From Macrostomum lignano (lineage: Eukaryota), in NCBI GenBank assembly GCA_002269645.1, contig NIVC01002886.1:18309-82308 (forward strand): a DNA stretch of 64,000 nt, read 5' to 3'. Of the stretch, positions 25,601 to 36,218 are shown in pieces. Position numbers and translations under genes: made by a program. Position 1 is the stretch's first letter; every line of letters starts with the position of its first letter. The notes under the pieces were generated by a model. The model was not told the DNA's origin, ran no database searches, and saw nothing but the letters and a program-made list of their open reading frames with translations.

Positions 25601-28600
25601 AGTCACTTCAGTCCTAATTTAGTCACTTCAGTCCTAATTTAGTCACTTCAGTCCTAATTTAGTCACTTCAGTCCTAATTTAGTCACTTCAATCCTAATTT
25701 AGTCACTTCAGTCCTAATTTAGTCACTTCAGTCCTAATTTATTCACTTCAGTCCTAATTTAGTCACTTCAGTCCTAATTTAGTCACTTCAATCCTAATTT
25801 AGTCACTTCAGTCCTAATTTAGTCACTTCAGTCCTAATTTAGTCACTTCAGTCCTAATTTAGTCACTTCAGTCCTAATTTAGTCACTTCAGTCCTAATTT
25901 AGTGTCTTTACAGTTTTTTTCTGTCACTGCAGCATTCAAAGACGCCACTGCACCTGGCTGCTCAGAGGGGCCACAAAGAGGTCTGCGAGACCCTTGTCGA
26001 TCACAATGCCGACACAAAAGCTACCGACAATGTAAGGCGTTAATTTTCAGTGAATATATAGTTATTCAAGCTCTATAATTGTAATTTTTTGTATATTTGC
26101 GTCAACTTCTGCAGAACGGCCAGACTCCCTTACATCTGGCCGCTGAGCACGACAAGTCTCACGTTGTGAAAATGTTCCTGCGAAAGAAAGACATTGTGAC
26201 TCTGGCCAGTGCGGTAAGACTTCTTATTTGCTCTGGATGTGGCAGAGACTCAAATAATTTATAGTTGGCTATGAGCGTTTTACTCTATTCTGATTGGCTC
26301 TGGGTGTGTTCATGAGTTCTGATTGGCTCTCAGTGTGCTCACGAGAATTTACTCGCTTCTGATTGGCTCTGAGTGTGTTCACGAGAATTTACTCGGTTTG
26401 GATTGGCTCTGAGTGTGTTCTCGAGAATTTACTCGGTTCTGATTGGCTCTGAGTGTGTTCACGAGAATTTACTCGGTTCTGATTGGCTCTCAGTGTGTTC
26501 ACGAGAATTTACTCGCTTCTGATTGGCTCTGAGTGTGTTCACGAGAATTTACTCGCTTCTGATTGGCTCTGAGTGTGTTCACGAGAATTTACTCGCTTCT
26601 GATTGGCTCTGAGTGTGTTCACGAGTTCTGATTGGCTCTGGGACTTGTAAAAGATATTTAAATCGATTCTGATATACTCAAGTTTATACGAACTGCAAGT
26701 GAATATTGTCTAAACAATTATAGCTAACAATAAATCCCAAAAAAATCGTTACAACTTTTCAGGATGACGTACGTTTTAATGGCTTAGCTAATTCCTAAGC
26801 TGTTGCTTTTAGTCATGTTAATTTAAGTTAAATCAATCACAAAATTTAAGTTTCTTGATGCACTTCAATCCTTTGCCTTTGCTGCTTTCAGTTATTTTAT
26901 GATTAGTTGCCGTCCTGAGGTTCTCAGGCACACCAGTTGCAGAAGTTGCAAATGCAGAAATTTATGTCCAACTCCATGCTAGAACCCGACTCTCACTCTC
27001 TTCACTGGCAATCTGCCTCGCTCTCTTAATCTTGTAATCTGACTCTCACTCTCTCCCTCGCAATATTACTCTCACCCCGCCTCTCTCTCTCAGTGTCTCG
27101 CAATCTGACTCTCCACCTCTCTCTCCGTCTCGCAATCTTATCTTATCAGACCCTCACTCTCTCCTAAAGATACCTCAGTCTATTGCCAGTAGTGGCACCA
27201 TCTATTTAGTGGCACAGACGGACCCAATAAGTAGCCCTACTGACCTACCCATCATTACTTATTCCCCATCGTCCGTAACCTTTGCAGAAAGGCATGACCT
27301 GCGCCCACATCGCGGCCAGCAAGGGTAGCATCTCTGTGATCAACGAGCTACTCAGATCGAACAGGAGCCTCCTGTGCACGGGGAAGATCAAAACGAATGG
27401 ATGCACCGCCTTGCACCTGGCCGCTCAGGAGGGACACGAGAAGGTCGTTCGGCTTTTGGTCGAGGCCGGGGCGTCGCCGTCCGAGGAGAACTCTGAGGGC
27501 CTGACCCCGCTGCACCTGGCCGCTCAGAGTGGGCACTCCAAGGTGTGGGAGAGTTGGGTGGCTAGAGTGGGTGGGGTAGAGTGGGTTGGGTAGAGTGGGT
27601 TGGATAGAGTGGGTTGGGTAGAGTGGGTTGAGTAGATTGGGTTGGGTAGAGTGAGTTGGGTAGAGTGGGTTGGATAGAGTGGATTGGGTAGAGTGGGTTG
27701 GATAGAGTGGGTTGGGTAGAGTGGGTGGGGTAGAGTGGGTTGGGTAGAGTGGGTTGGGTAGAGTGGGTTGGGTAGAGTGGGTTGGGTAGAGTGGGTTGGG
27801 TAGAGTGGGTTGGGTAGAGTGGGTTGGGTAGAGTGGGTTGGGTAGAGTGGGTTGGGTAGAGTGGGTTGGGTAGAGTGGGTTGAGAAGATTGGGTTGGGTA
27901 GATTGGGTTGGGTAGATTGGGTTGGGTAGAGTGGGTTGGGTAGAGTGGGTTGGGTAGATTGGGTTGGGTAGAGTGGGTTAGGTACCGTTAATTTGGTAGA
28001 GTGGGTGAGATATAGTAGTTTGGTAGAGTGGGTGAGATATAGTACGAGTAGTTTGGTAGAGTGAGTGAGATATAGTAGTTTGGTAGAGTGAGTTTAAGTG
28101 GGCGGGAGCATAAAGTGTTACAGTAGAGAAGGCAAGGGCAGCAATGCATTGATGGTGAAAGACTTATAATATTCGCATCAATTATTCAACCCCTCAATCG
28201 ATCTGTTCCAATCCAGGTGCTGCAAGCCCTGAAGGAGAAGGTGGACCTGCGAATCGCTTCGAAGAAGTCCGGCCTAACGCCGCTGCACATCGCTGCGCAC
28301 GCCGGCAAGCAGGAGTTCGTGCAGGAGATTCTCACCAAGGTGCCCGCAAATTTGGCCTCATTGAAGCCGAAGGACCACAGTCTGGTCAAGGAAATGGTTG
28401 CTGACGTGAGCTCAGTTTTAAATGTTACTGTGGCTATTTCGAACTCTGGGCCTTCTCTGTAGTTTTGGGCCGATACTGTCCCATGACATAATAGTGTTGC
28501 TTCCTACTAACTATTGATTTCCAGTACGGATTCACACCGCTTCACCTGGCCAGCCAGAGCGGCCACGAGAGCCTGGTCAGGTACCTGCTGAATAGCACCG

Positions 28601-31600
28601 GGGTCAAAGTGGACTCGGCCACTATCAAGCACGTAAGTCTAAAATGCAAATCATTAATAATTGGCATGTTGATTCCCGGACTCAAATTCGATCTCGCCTC
28701 TACCTCTGAACCAATCAGGGCATGATTCCCTTGCACCTGGCCGCCCAGAACGGCCAGACTAACGTTGCCAGCTTGCTGCTGAGCCGAGGAACCAATCAGG
28801 TGCGGCTGGCCGACAGCCACGGGCGAACCTCGCTGCACTGGGCGGCCAACAAAGGCCACTACGATATGGCCGCGCTGTTGGTTGGTCAGGGCGGCGACGT
28901 TAACTGCAGGGACCAGGTGATCTCGGGGAAGACTTCCGACCACTGACTGATTGATTACTATTATATGTGCTTACAACCTCACTCCTTAATTGCATCCACC
29001 ACCTCACTCCTTAATTGCACCCAACACCTCACTCCTTTATTTGCATCCACAACCTCACTCCTTAATTGCATCCGCCACCTCACTCCTTAATTGCATCCGC
29101 CACCTCACTCCTTAAATGCACCCACCACCTCACTCCTTAAATGCACCCACCACCTCACTCCTTAAATGCACCCACCACCTCACTCCTTAAATGCACCCAC
29201 CACCTCACTTCTTAAATGCACCCACCACCTCACTCCTTAAATGCACCCACCACCTCACTCCTTAAATGCACCCACCACCTCACTTCTTAAATGCACCCAC
29301 CACCTCACTTCTTAAATGCACCCACCACCTCACTCCTTCATTGCATCCACCACCTCACTCCTGTATTGCATCCACCACCTCACTCCTTAAATGCCCCCCA
29401 CCTCACTCCTGTATTGCATCCATCAACTCACTCCTTCATTGCATCCATCACCTCACTACTTAATTGCACCCCCACCTCACTCCTTAAATGCCCCCACCTC
29501 ACTCCTTAAATGCCCCCACCTCACTCCTTAAATGCACCCACCACCTCACTCTTCAATTGTGTGCATCTACGAATTCACTCATCATGCCAATCCCACATCT
29601 CGAACGTGAAAAACCTTTTTCATTCCATCCGCCGACACATCCATGAGTATCCACCCAATAACCACTAGAAGTAACGATGTTATCTGTGATAAAACGGTAA
29701 CTTCTAGAGGTCCTTGAATCCACCACTTCACCAAAGTCAAACACCAAACCGAACCCGACAGAACAACTGGACACCGTTGCACTACGCGGCTAAGATGGGC
29801 CACCTTCGTGTAGTTCAGCTACTAATAGACTCCAAAGCCAATTGCGAAGCTGAGACCAAGGACGGGAAGCTTCCGGTTGCCTTCGCAGCCGAGAGCAACC
29901 ACGTGGCTGTGGTCAGCTTCCTGTTAAAAGAGCGGCACAACACCGCCCACCTGATGGAGGACTGGAAGTTTCTGTACGACATCATGCAGTGCAGCAAGGT
30001 AACATTCTATAAAATAATATTTTAACAATAAAGATATTATTACACGTGATAGCATGTAGGTGTTAAAATTTTCGCCTTGGTGGCTGGACCCAAACAGAGG
30101 AGTGAGGTGATGGGTGCAAGTGAAGAGTGAGGTGGTGGTGCAATTGAGGAGTAAGGTGGTGGATGCAATTGAGGAGTGGGGTGGTGGGTGCAAGTGAAGA
30201 GTGAGGTGGCGGTGCAATTGAGGAGTGGGGTGGTGGGCGCAAGTGAAGAGTGAGGTGGTGGTGCAATCGAGGAGTGGGGTGGCGGGCGCAAGTGAAGAGT
30301 GAGGTGGTGGTGCAATTAAGTAGTTGGGGTGGTGGGTGCAAGTGAAGAGTGAGGTGGTGGGTGCAATTAAGTAGTTGGGGTGGCGGGTGCAAGTGAAGAG
30401 TGAGGTGGTGGTGCAATTGAGGAGTGGGGGTGGTGGGTGCAAGTGAAGAGTGAGGTGGTGGTGCAATTAATGAGTGGGGGTGGCGGGCGCAAGTGAAGAG
30501 TGAGGTGGTGGTGCAATTGAGGAGTGGGGGTGGTGGGTGCAAGTGAAGAGTGAGGTAGTGGTGCAATTGAAAAGTGGGGGTGGTGGGTGCAAGTGAAGAG
30601 TGGTTAATGGCGCTAAGCAGCAGTTCAGAGAGACCTGCCTGTCCTTCGGTGAGGAGGATTGAGACGAGGTTCCTCCTCGGGTCAGTGCCATTACGAAGCC
30701 AATAAAAAGCAATAAAATTTGATTCACTCGCAGGCAAGCGGCAACAAGACTGTGGAGGAGTTCATTCTGGCATCGCCGGCTCCAGCCGAGACTGCCGCTA
30801 AGCTGTCGCGCAAATTCCAGATACTCTCCGAACGAGAGAAGGAGCGCGCCAAGGAGCTGATGCTGATCGGCAAGCACTGCGAGCTGATGTGCGCCGAGCT
30901 GGTCGCTGTGGCGTCAACAGAGAACGGCAGCGAAGGCGCCGCCAGCCTATTAAAAGCGGTGGACAGCCGCGGCGTGCAGTTTCTGGACATCCTACTAGAG
31001 ACGGAGCAGAAGGAGGTGATCGCTCATCCGGCTGTTCAGCGGTACCTCACCGACCTGTGGAAAGGCAACCTGGATTGGCCCACCTGGAAATTCCTGTTGC
31101 TATTTACCGTATTCCTCCTCCTGCCTCCAGTCATGATGGTGTTCAGCCTGCCTTGGCGGCGGTACCGGTACCAGCGCAAGCCGGTGATCAAGTTCATCGC
31201 CTACCTGATCGCGCACTTCCACCTGATTGCCCTATTCATGCTGGTAGCTATTGAGCCCGGCTGGCTGGGCTATCCGTATTGGACTCGACACGACCTCATA
31301 CCCACCTGGGTGGAGTGCCTCCTGCTGCTGTGGCTCAGCGGCCAGCTCGTCTCCGAGCTCACTAATCCGGCCGATCGATCGGGACTGGGCATTTTCAAGG
31401 TATGCAGACTTTGGCATTAGTAAGAGATTAGTAAGATATGCAGTGAGCAGGATTAGTGGTAAATGCCCATCGGCATCGCAGATTTAAGCCATCGATAAAA
31501 GGCAAAGTGAAGAGAAAGTGCGCTCGTAGATTAATTTGCCAAGCCAAGTCCTGAGCAGATGCATCAGAGAAGAACATTGGGCTTTGATGAGTCTTATTCT

Positions 31601-34085
31601 CGCTTACTGGTGATCTGGTAATCTTAATAGAAAAAGCCCTTCCACATACTCAATAACCAGGCTGACAAAACTGTAAAACCATCATCCAGGTATTCGTAGT
31701 CGGCATCTCGGCAGTCGGTGTGGTCACCCACCTGGTGGCGTTCATCTTCCCGTACGGATCGAACCAGCGGCTCGATACCCTGTTCGCCCGCAATCAGCTC
31801 TTCGCCTTCGCTACTCTCCTGTGCTTCGTGGTATTCCTGGAATTTCTCACCTTTCACCACCAGTTCGGACCGTGGTCCATCATCATCCGGGATATCATGC
31901 GCGACCTGATGCGCTTCCTGGTGATGCTGGCACTATTCGTCTTGGGCTTCACGCTGCAGCTGCGCTCCACATACGTTGCCGTGTACGCGCCGCAGACGTC
32001 ATCCGCTCTGGCCTTGGTGAACAAGGACCTCATAGCATCCTTCGAGGAGCTTTTCTTCGCCCTGTTCGGCTTCATCGAGCCGGACAACCAGCCCAACTTG
32101 GCATTGGCTCCGCCGTGGGCCGCCACGCTGGTGAAAATTCTATTTGGCGGCCACCTGGTTGTGTGCATCATAGTGCTGGTCAACCTGCTCATCGCGATGA
32201 TGACCGACACCTACCAGCGAATACAGACCGAGTCAGACACCGAGTGGAAGTTCGGCCGGGCCAAGCTGATCCGCAACATGAACAAGACCAGCCCGACGCC
32301 CACGCCGCTGATTCTGTTCACCCAAATGTTCACCGTGCTTCGGAACGCCTCTCAGAAGGGCCGCTCGCAGCATCGTTTAGGTGAATCACGGTATCTGAGT
32401 TGACAATAGAGTAGATTAGACACGCTTGCTGTGCCCGAACTGAACAACAGGATTAGGGAACAGAATGGCTGACAAAAAGTGACAGGAAATCTCGGATTCA
32501 TTCCCTAGGTCCCTGTGGCAAACGGTCACTACGATCGTCATTATTTGAAAATCTCCTCGCCTTGAAGGATTCGATGAGGACGAAGAGGCGACAGTGGCGG
32601 ACACGAGCCGACCGGATGTGGCCCAGTCGCAGGCAGCGGTGGCCGGAAGGAATCCTCGCGAGTCCTCCTCAGGTAAGAGCTCAAACTTGGAAACTGCTGG
32701 CTGTCAGAAAGCCTCAGTGTCAGTAAAACGTATTGAATTCCAATTCGAACCGCTCTCCTTTCAGTCGCTCTAAGAATGAGCCAGGCGGCCACTCGTCCAC
32801 CGTTAATTACGACAGGTGACAAATAGACATTAGCCTACTAACCAACTAATCTGCCATTTAAGTGCCGCTTAACTCAACTAAGGGGGCTGTAGCCAAGTGG
32901 TCAGAGCGTCGGACTCAAGACTGAAAGGTCGGAGGTTCGATTCTCGACCCACTCGGAACAATTTGTGTCCTTGAGCAACCACTCAACTCTGCAGTGCTTC
33001 AGTTCACCCAGATGTAAAATGGATATCAGCATTAGCTGGGGTAATTGAGGGTCTTGGACTGAACAGCCGTACGCAGCCTTCAGATGCACCGCGCAATAGC
33101 TGCGGCTGAGCTGTCGGTTGCAAATCTTGCCATTAGGGCAGGTGTACTCGAATATTTATTACTATTATTAATAACTAATACCGATATATTCTGAAATGAG
33201 ATTTACGAGCTAATATTACTTACCATGCATACTAACAAACTTCCTGAACAGTGAGTGCTTGAGGATTTGTGTCTTGACAGCAGTATTACCGGTCGAATTT
33301 CGCTTTTAACAGGTCACAATGCCCAGCCAGGTCACCTCCTAGCTGGGCAGTTCTTGAATACCTGCTGGAATTTTGTCCCCTACAGTACATTATACGAGTG
33401 CTTCCTGAATCATGCTACTAGTAATCATATGAAATGCATCTGCTAAATGCGCCTCCATTTCAGAGTTTATTTACGACGACGGCGGAACTCGCCAGTTGTC
33501 GCAGAGCCACGGTATAAGAATTTGTGCTTACTCGATCTCACACTGTTTTAGCCTTATACCTATCTGTGCATTCTGTTTGATTAAAACCTGTCTAGACTTT
33601 TCTTCGATTCCAGTTGACTCTTAGCTGACCATATTCTGTTTGACTAACCGATATGGTTCGCGCCGTAGCTGACTGTCCATCATGTGCAGTCCACTAATAG
33701 CTAGTGAAATTACGCGAACGTCTTCTAGGAAAACTAAGAAGCCGATCAGAAAAGTACAGAGACCTCAGTAGATGCATTGTGTTGTTTTAACTTATTTACA
33801 TCTATGGCGATAGCCATTACATTAGCAGCAGTGTGAGCAATGCACTTCCAAAATCCGATTCCAGGCCTGAGCACCGGCAGGGAGCATCGAGGCCCGGTGA
33901 AACTCGAAGACGTCGTGGACTGGAAGGTGGTGATTGTCAAGTTCACCCGGATGCAGGGCGGCAGCGGCAAAGCCAACAGCGGCCCCAGCTTCGCTAGGGC
34001 TGGCAGCAGCAAAGGCAGCCGCAGGCACGGCTCCCAGATGTTGAACTCGAGCTCTCGGTTCGGTTCCCGCATCATGGACGACTAA
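13663..34085 (+). CDS. nompC: TRPN / NOMPC mechanosensitive TRP channel (long ankyrin-repeat array plus 6-TM pore), ~1788 aa, 24 coding exons
   Basis: Exons, all GT-AG with consistent phase: 13663-14220, 14998-15099, 17532-17630, 18208-18318, 18391-18594, 18712-18813, 19962-20342, 21516-21740, 22388-22642, 22751-22864, 24387-24485, 25284-25484, 25933-26031, 26115-26213, 27288-27542, 28217-28405, 28525-28632, 28719-28916, 29762-29998, 30734-31399, 31690-32380, 32568-32672, 33464-33511 (least certain), 33865-34085; total 5367 nt. The translation is collinear with Drosophila NOMPC as I recall it: ARTKDGSTLMH, LHMPNKSG, EFILASPAPAETAAKLS, EQKEVIAHPAVQRYL, ELTNPADRSGLG, FHHQFGPW, NLLIAMMTDTYQRIQ, TRP box EWKFGRAKLIRNM, C-terminal LEDVVDW. 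Confidence 0.97.
14268..14850. repeat. 14-bp minisatellite with 42-bp higher-order period (TRPN intron 1)
   Basis: Cycling TCATAGATCGTGGC / TCATAAATCATCGC / T(T/C)ATAGATCATGGC. Confidence 0.94.
15117..16490. repeat. 14-bp minisatellite CTCTCCCTCTCGCA (TRPN intron 2)
   Basis: Direct inspection. Confidence 0.97.
17139..17425 (+). mobile_element. tRNA-derived CORE-type SINE, copy 2 (TRPN intron 2)
   Basis: A box TAGTCTAATGG, B box GGTTCGATTCC, CORE-like block, shared 3' domain, ATT-rich tail. Confidence 0.87.
17760..17926. repeat. 21-bp tandem repeat x8 AGAGGGTGTACACTGCCTGAC (TRPN intron 3)
   Basis: Direct inspection. Confidence 0.96.
18935..19735. repeat. 11-bp minisatellite CCAGCTCCATC (TRPN intron 6)
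   Basis: Direct inspection. Confidence 0.96.
20363..20845. repeat. 18-bp minisatellite TGCAATTAGTCTGTGGA(A/G) (TRPN intron 7)
   Basis: Direct inspection. Confidence 0.96.
20863..21208 (-). mobile_element. tRNA-derived CORE-type SINE, copy 3 (TRPN intron 7); part of CORE replaced by ~60 bp of unrelated sequence
   Basis: Reverse complement of the same family with an (ATT)n tail. 21060-21120 does not align with the other copies. Confidence 0.85.
21796..22085 (+). mobile_element. tRNA-derived CORE-type SINE, copy 4 (TRPN intron 8)
   Basis: A and B boxes, CORE-like block and 3' domain shared with the other copies. Confidence 0.87.
22910..24215. repeat. 11-bp minisatellite CCAAGCTCCAT (TRPN intron 10)
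   Basis: Same unit family as the intron 6 array. Confidence 0.96.
24548..25245. repeat. 22-bp minisatellite CTCCAATGACTCTTCTGGA(GCA/AGA) (TRPN intron 11)
   Basis: Direct inspection. Confidence 0.96.
25505..25902. repeat. 20-bp minisatellite AGTCACTTCAGTCCTAATTT (TRPN intron 12)
   Basis: Direct inspection. Confidence 0.97.
26282..26640. repeat. 40-bp minisatellite containing GATTGGCT (TRPN intron 14)
   Basis: Ten GATTGGCT occurrences, mostly at 40-bp period. Confidence 0.95.
27555..28095. repeat. 15-bp G-rich minisatellite GGGTAGAGTGGGTT(G) (TRPN intron 15)
   Basis: Direct inspection; decays into a longer variant. Confidence 0.95.
28975..29556. repeat. ~25-bp minisatellite CCACCACCTCACTCCTTAA(A/T)TGCAC (TRPN intron 18)
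   Basis: Direct inspection. Confidence 0.95.
30098..30602. repeat. ~49-bp dimeric minisatellite, reverse complement of the intron 18 unit (TRPN intron 19)
   Basis: The reverse complement reads CCACCACCTCACTCTTCACTTGCAC + CCACCACCCCACTCCTCAATTGCAC. Confidence 0.93.
32881..33160 (+). mobile_element. tRNA-derived CORE-type SINE, copy 5 (TRPN intron 22)
   Basis: TAGCCAAGTGG A box, GGTTCGATTCT B box, CORE-like block, 3' domain, AT tail. Confidence 0.87.
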
Positions 34086-34395
34086 ACTGGACTGGTCACG
34101 CCCTGTCCAGACACTCGGCTCCACGAAAGTTTAAATTTGCACTTACCAGAACTTAATAATAATGTCTTTGTAGATTGTATCCTTTGTAATAGAAGTGACA
34201 CCTGAATAGCAGCAAATAGTTTTACATTCGATGCTTTATTACCGTAGTCTATTACATGTCTATTACAAGCATATACACGGCGTTACTACAGAGTATGAAA
34301 GTATAAGCATAAAACTTAATTCACTAAAAATATTTCAACCCAGCTTTTCCATCCGAACCTGTACAGCCCAACCCCAATCCCAGCTGACTGACACC

Positions 34396-34401
34396 AATAA
34401 A
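34396..34401 (+). terminator. Putative polyadenylation signal of the TRPN gene
   Basis: AATAAA ~310 nt after the TRPN stop codon. Confidence 0.45.
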
Positions 34402-34559
34402 ATACCTTAGACTTGCATCCTGCGCTTATTCCGTTCTAACAGCATGCAGAACTTTTTATTATTGTTATTTATATGCGTCAAATATATTTTGATAACTCCG
34501 AATGCTGCAGAACGGTTTTAGCTCCCACTTATTCTCACCTCTCTGACACTACCCCTTAT

Positions 34560-35695
34560 TTTCTCCTCTCCTCTCCTCTGCTCTGCTCTGCTCTCCTCTC
34601 CTCTCCTCTCCTCTCCTATCCTCTCCTCTCCTCTCCTCTCCTCTCCTCTCCTCTTCTCTTCTCTTCTCTCCTCTTCTCTTCTCTCCTCTCCTCTTCTCTT
34701 CTCTCCTATCCTCTCCTCTGCTCTGCTCTGCTCTCCTCTCCTCTCCTCTCCTCTCCTCTCCTCTCCACTCCTCTCCTCTCCTATCCTCTCCTATCCTCTC
34801 CTCTCCTCTCCTCTCCTCTCCTCTCCTCTCCTCTCCTTTCCTCTCATCTCGTCTCCTCTTCTCTCCTCTTCTCTCCTCTTCTCTCCTCTTCTCTCCTCTT
34901 CTCTCCTCTGCTCTCCTCTCCTCTCCTCTCCTCTCCTCTCCTCTCCTCTCCTCTCCTCCTCTCCTCTCCTCTCCTCTCCTCTCCTCTCCTCTCCTCTCCT
35001 CTCCTCTCCTCTTCTCTTCTCTTCTCTTCTCTCCTCTTCTCTTCTCTCCTCTCCTCTTCTCTTCTCTCCTATCCTCTCCTCTCCTCTCCTCTCCTCTCCT
35101 CTCCTCTCCTCTCCTCTCCTCCTCTCCTCTCCTCTTCTCTCCTCTTCTCTCCTCTCCTCCTCTCCTCTCCTCTCATCTCCTCTCCTATCCTCTCCTCTCC
35201 TCTCATCTCCTCTCCTATCCTCTTCTCTCCTCTCCTCCTCTCATCTCCTCTCCTCTCATCTCCTCTCCTCCTCTCCTCTATTCTCCTCTTCTCTCCTCTC
35301 CTCTCCTCTCCTCTCATCTCCTCTCCTATCCTCTCCTCTCCTCTCCTCCTCTCATCTCATCTCCTCTCCTCTTCTCTCCTCTCCTCTCCTCTCCTCTCTC
35401 TCTCTCTCCTCTCCTCTCCTCTCCTTTCCTCTTCTCTCCTCTCCTCTCCTCTCCTCTCCTTTCCTCTTCTCTCCTCTCCTCTCCTCTCCTCTCCTTTCCT
35501 CTTCTCTCCTCTCCTCTCCTCTCCTCCTCTCCTCTCCTCTCCTCTTCTCTTCTCTCCTCTCCTCTCCTCTCCTCTCCTCTCCTCTCCTCCTCTCCTCTTC
35601 TCTCCTCTCCTCTCCTCTCCTCCTCTCCTCTCCTCTCCTCTTCTTTCTTCTCCTCTCCTCTTCTCTCCTCTCCTCTTCTCTCCTCTCCTCCCCAC
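34560..35695. repeat. (CTCCT/CTCTC)n polypyrimidine tract between the convergent TRPN and SPATA1 3' ends
   Basis: ~1.1 kb of almost pure C/T. Confidence 0.97.
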
Positions 35696-35788
35696 TCAGT
35701 ACTCGGCAGGCTGAGCACAAAAAGATACGAAGTCAAAGTGGCGAATTCCGTTAATAGCTCGTAAAAAATCTGGATTCAGCAGCAGTTG

Positions 35789-35794
35789 TTTATT
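35789..35794 (-). terminator. Putative polyadenylation signal of the SPATA1-like gene
   Basis: TTTATT on + (AATAAA on -) ~425 nt past the stop codon. Confidence 0.4.
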
Positions 35795-36218
35795 GTACAC
35801 TCAGCAATCACGTGACTTCATTCTCCAGCCCAAACCCTAATCGTCATGAATAAATTCGAAGAAAGTTGGGGAGACAGATAGGCAAATATATTTCCATAGG
35901 GAGGCTAATAGATACATAAATATTCGGAAGCTCATTAAAAACATTCAGTACATGTATTGTAGTCGAATTGTGTCATTGATTTTATATACTTCTTCAAATG
36001 TCAATTCAAAATAAATTGAAGAAGCTACACTTACTAAATACGCAAAAAAGCTTTTAGAAATACAAGGTGTATTACTAATTCGAGAATTATGTTTGCAAGT
36101 TGCGTTATAAGTACGTGAAAATCAGGATACCTGTAGTCAAAAGTTCAGATTTCAGATTTTAGTTCGCTGCTTAAAATTCGAGTCCTTCTCAAAATCAAAA
36201 TTGCCTTTTGTCCGACTT

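Noticed and set aside
32881-32955. SINE heads as functional tRNA genes
   Set aside because: A and B boxes are present, but the acceptor stem is not closed and each head continues into the CORE and tail of the repeat.
33313-33330. Possible 18-nt phase-1 TRPN micro-exon (ttttaacAG|GTCACAATGCCCAGCCAG|gtcacc)
   Set aside because: The acceptor is good but the donor is weak, the exon is not needed for frame, and it cannot be supported without RNA data.
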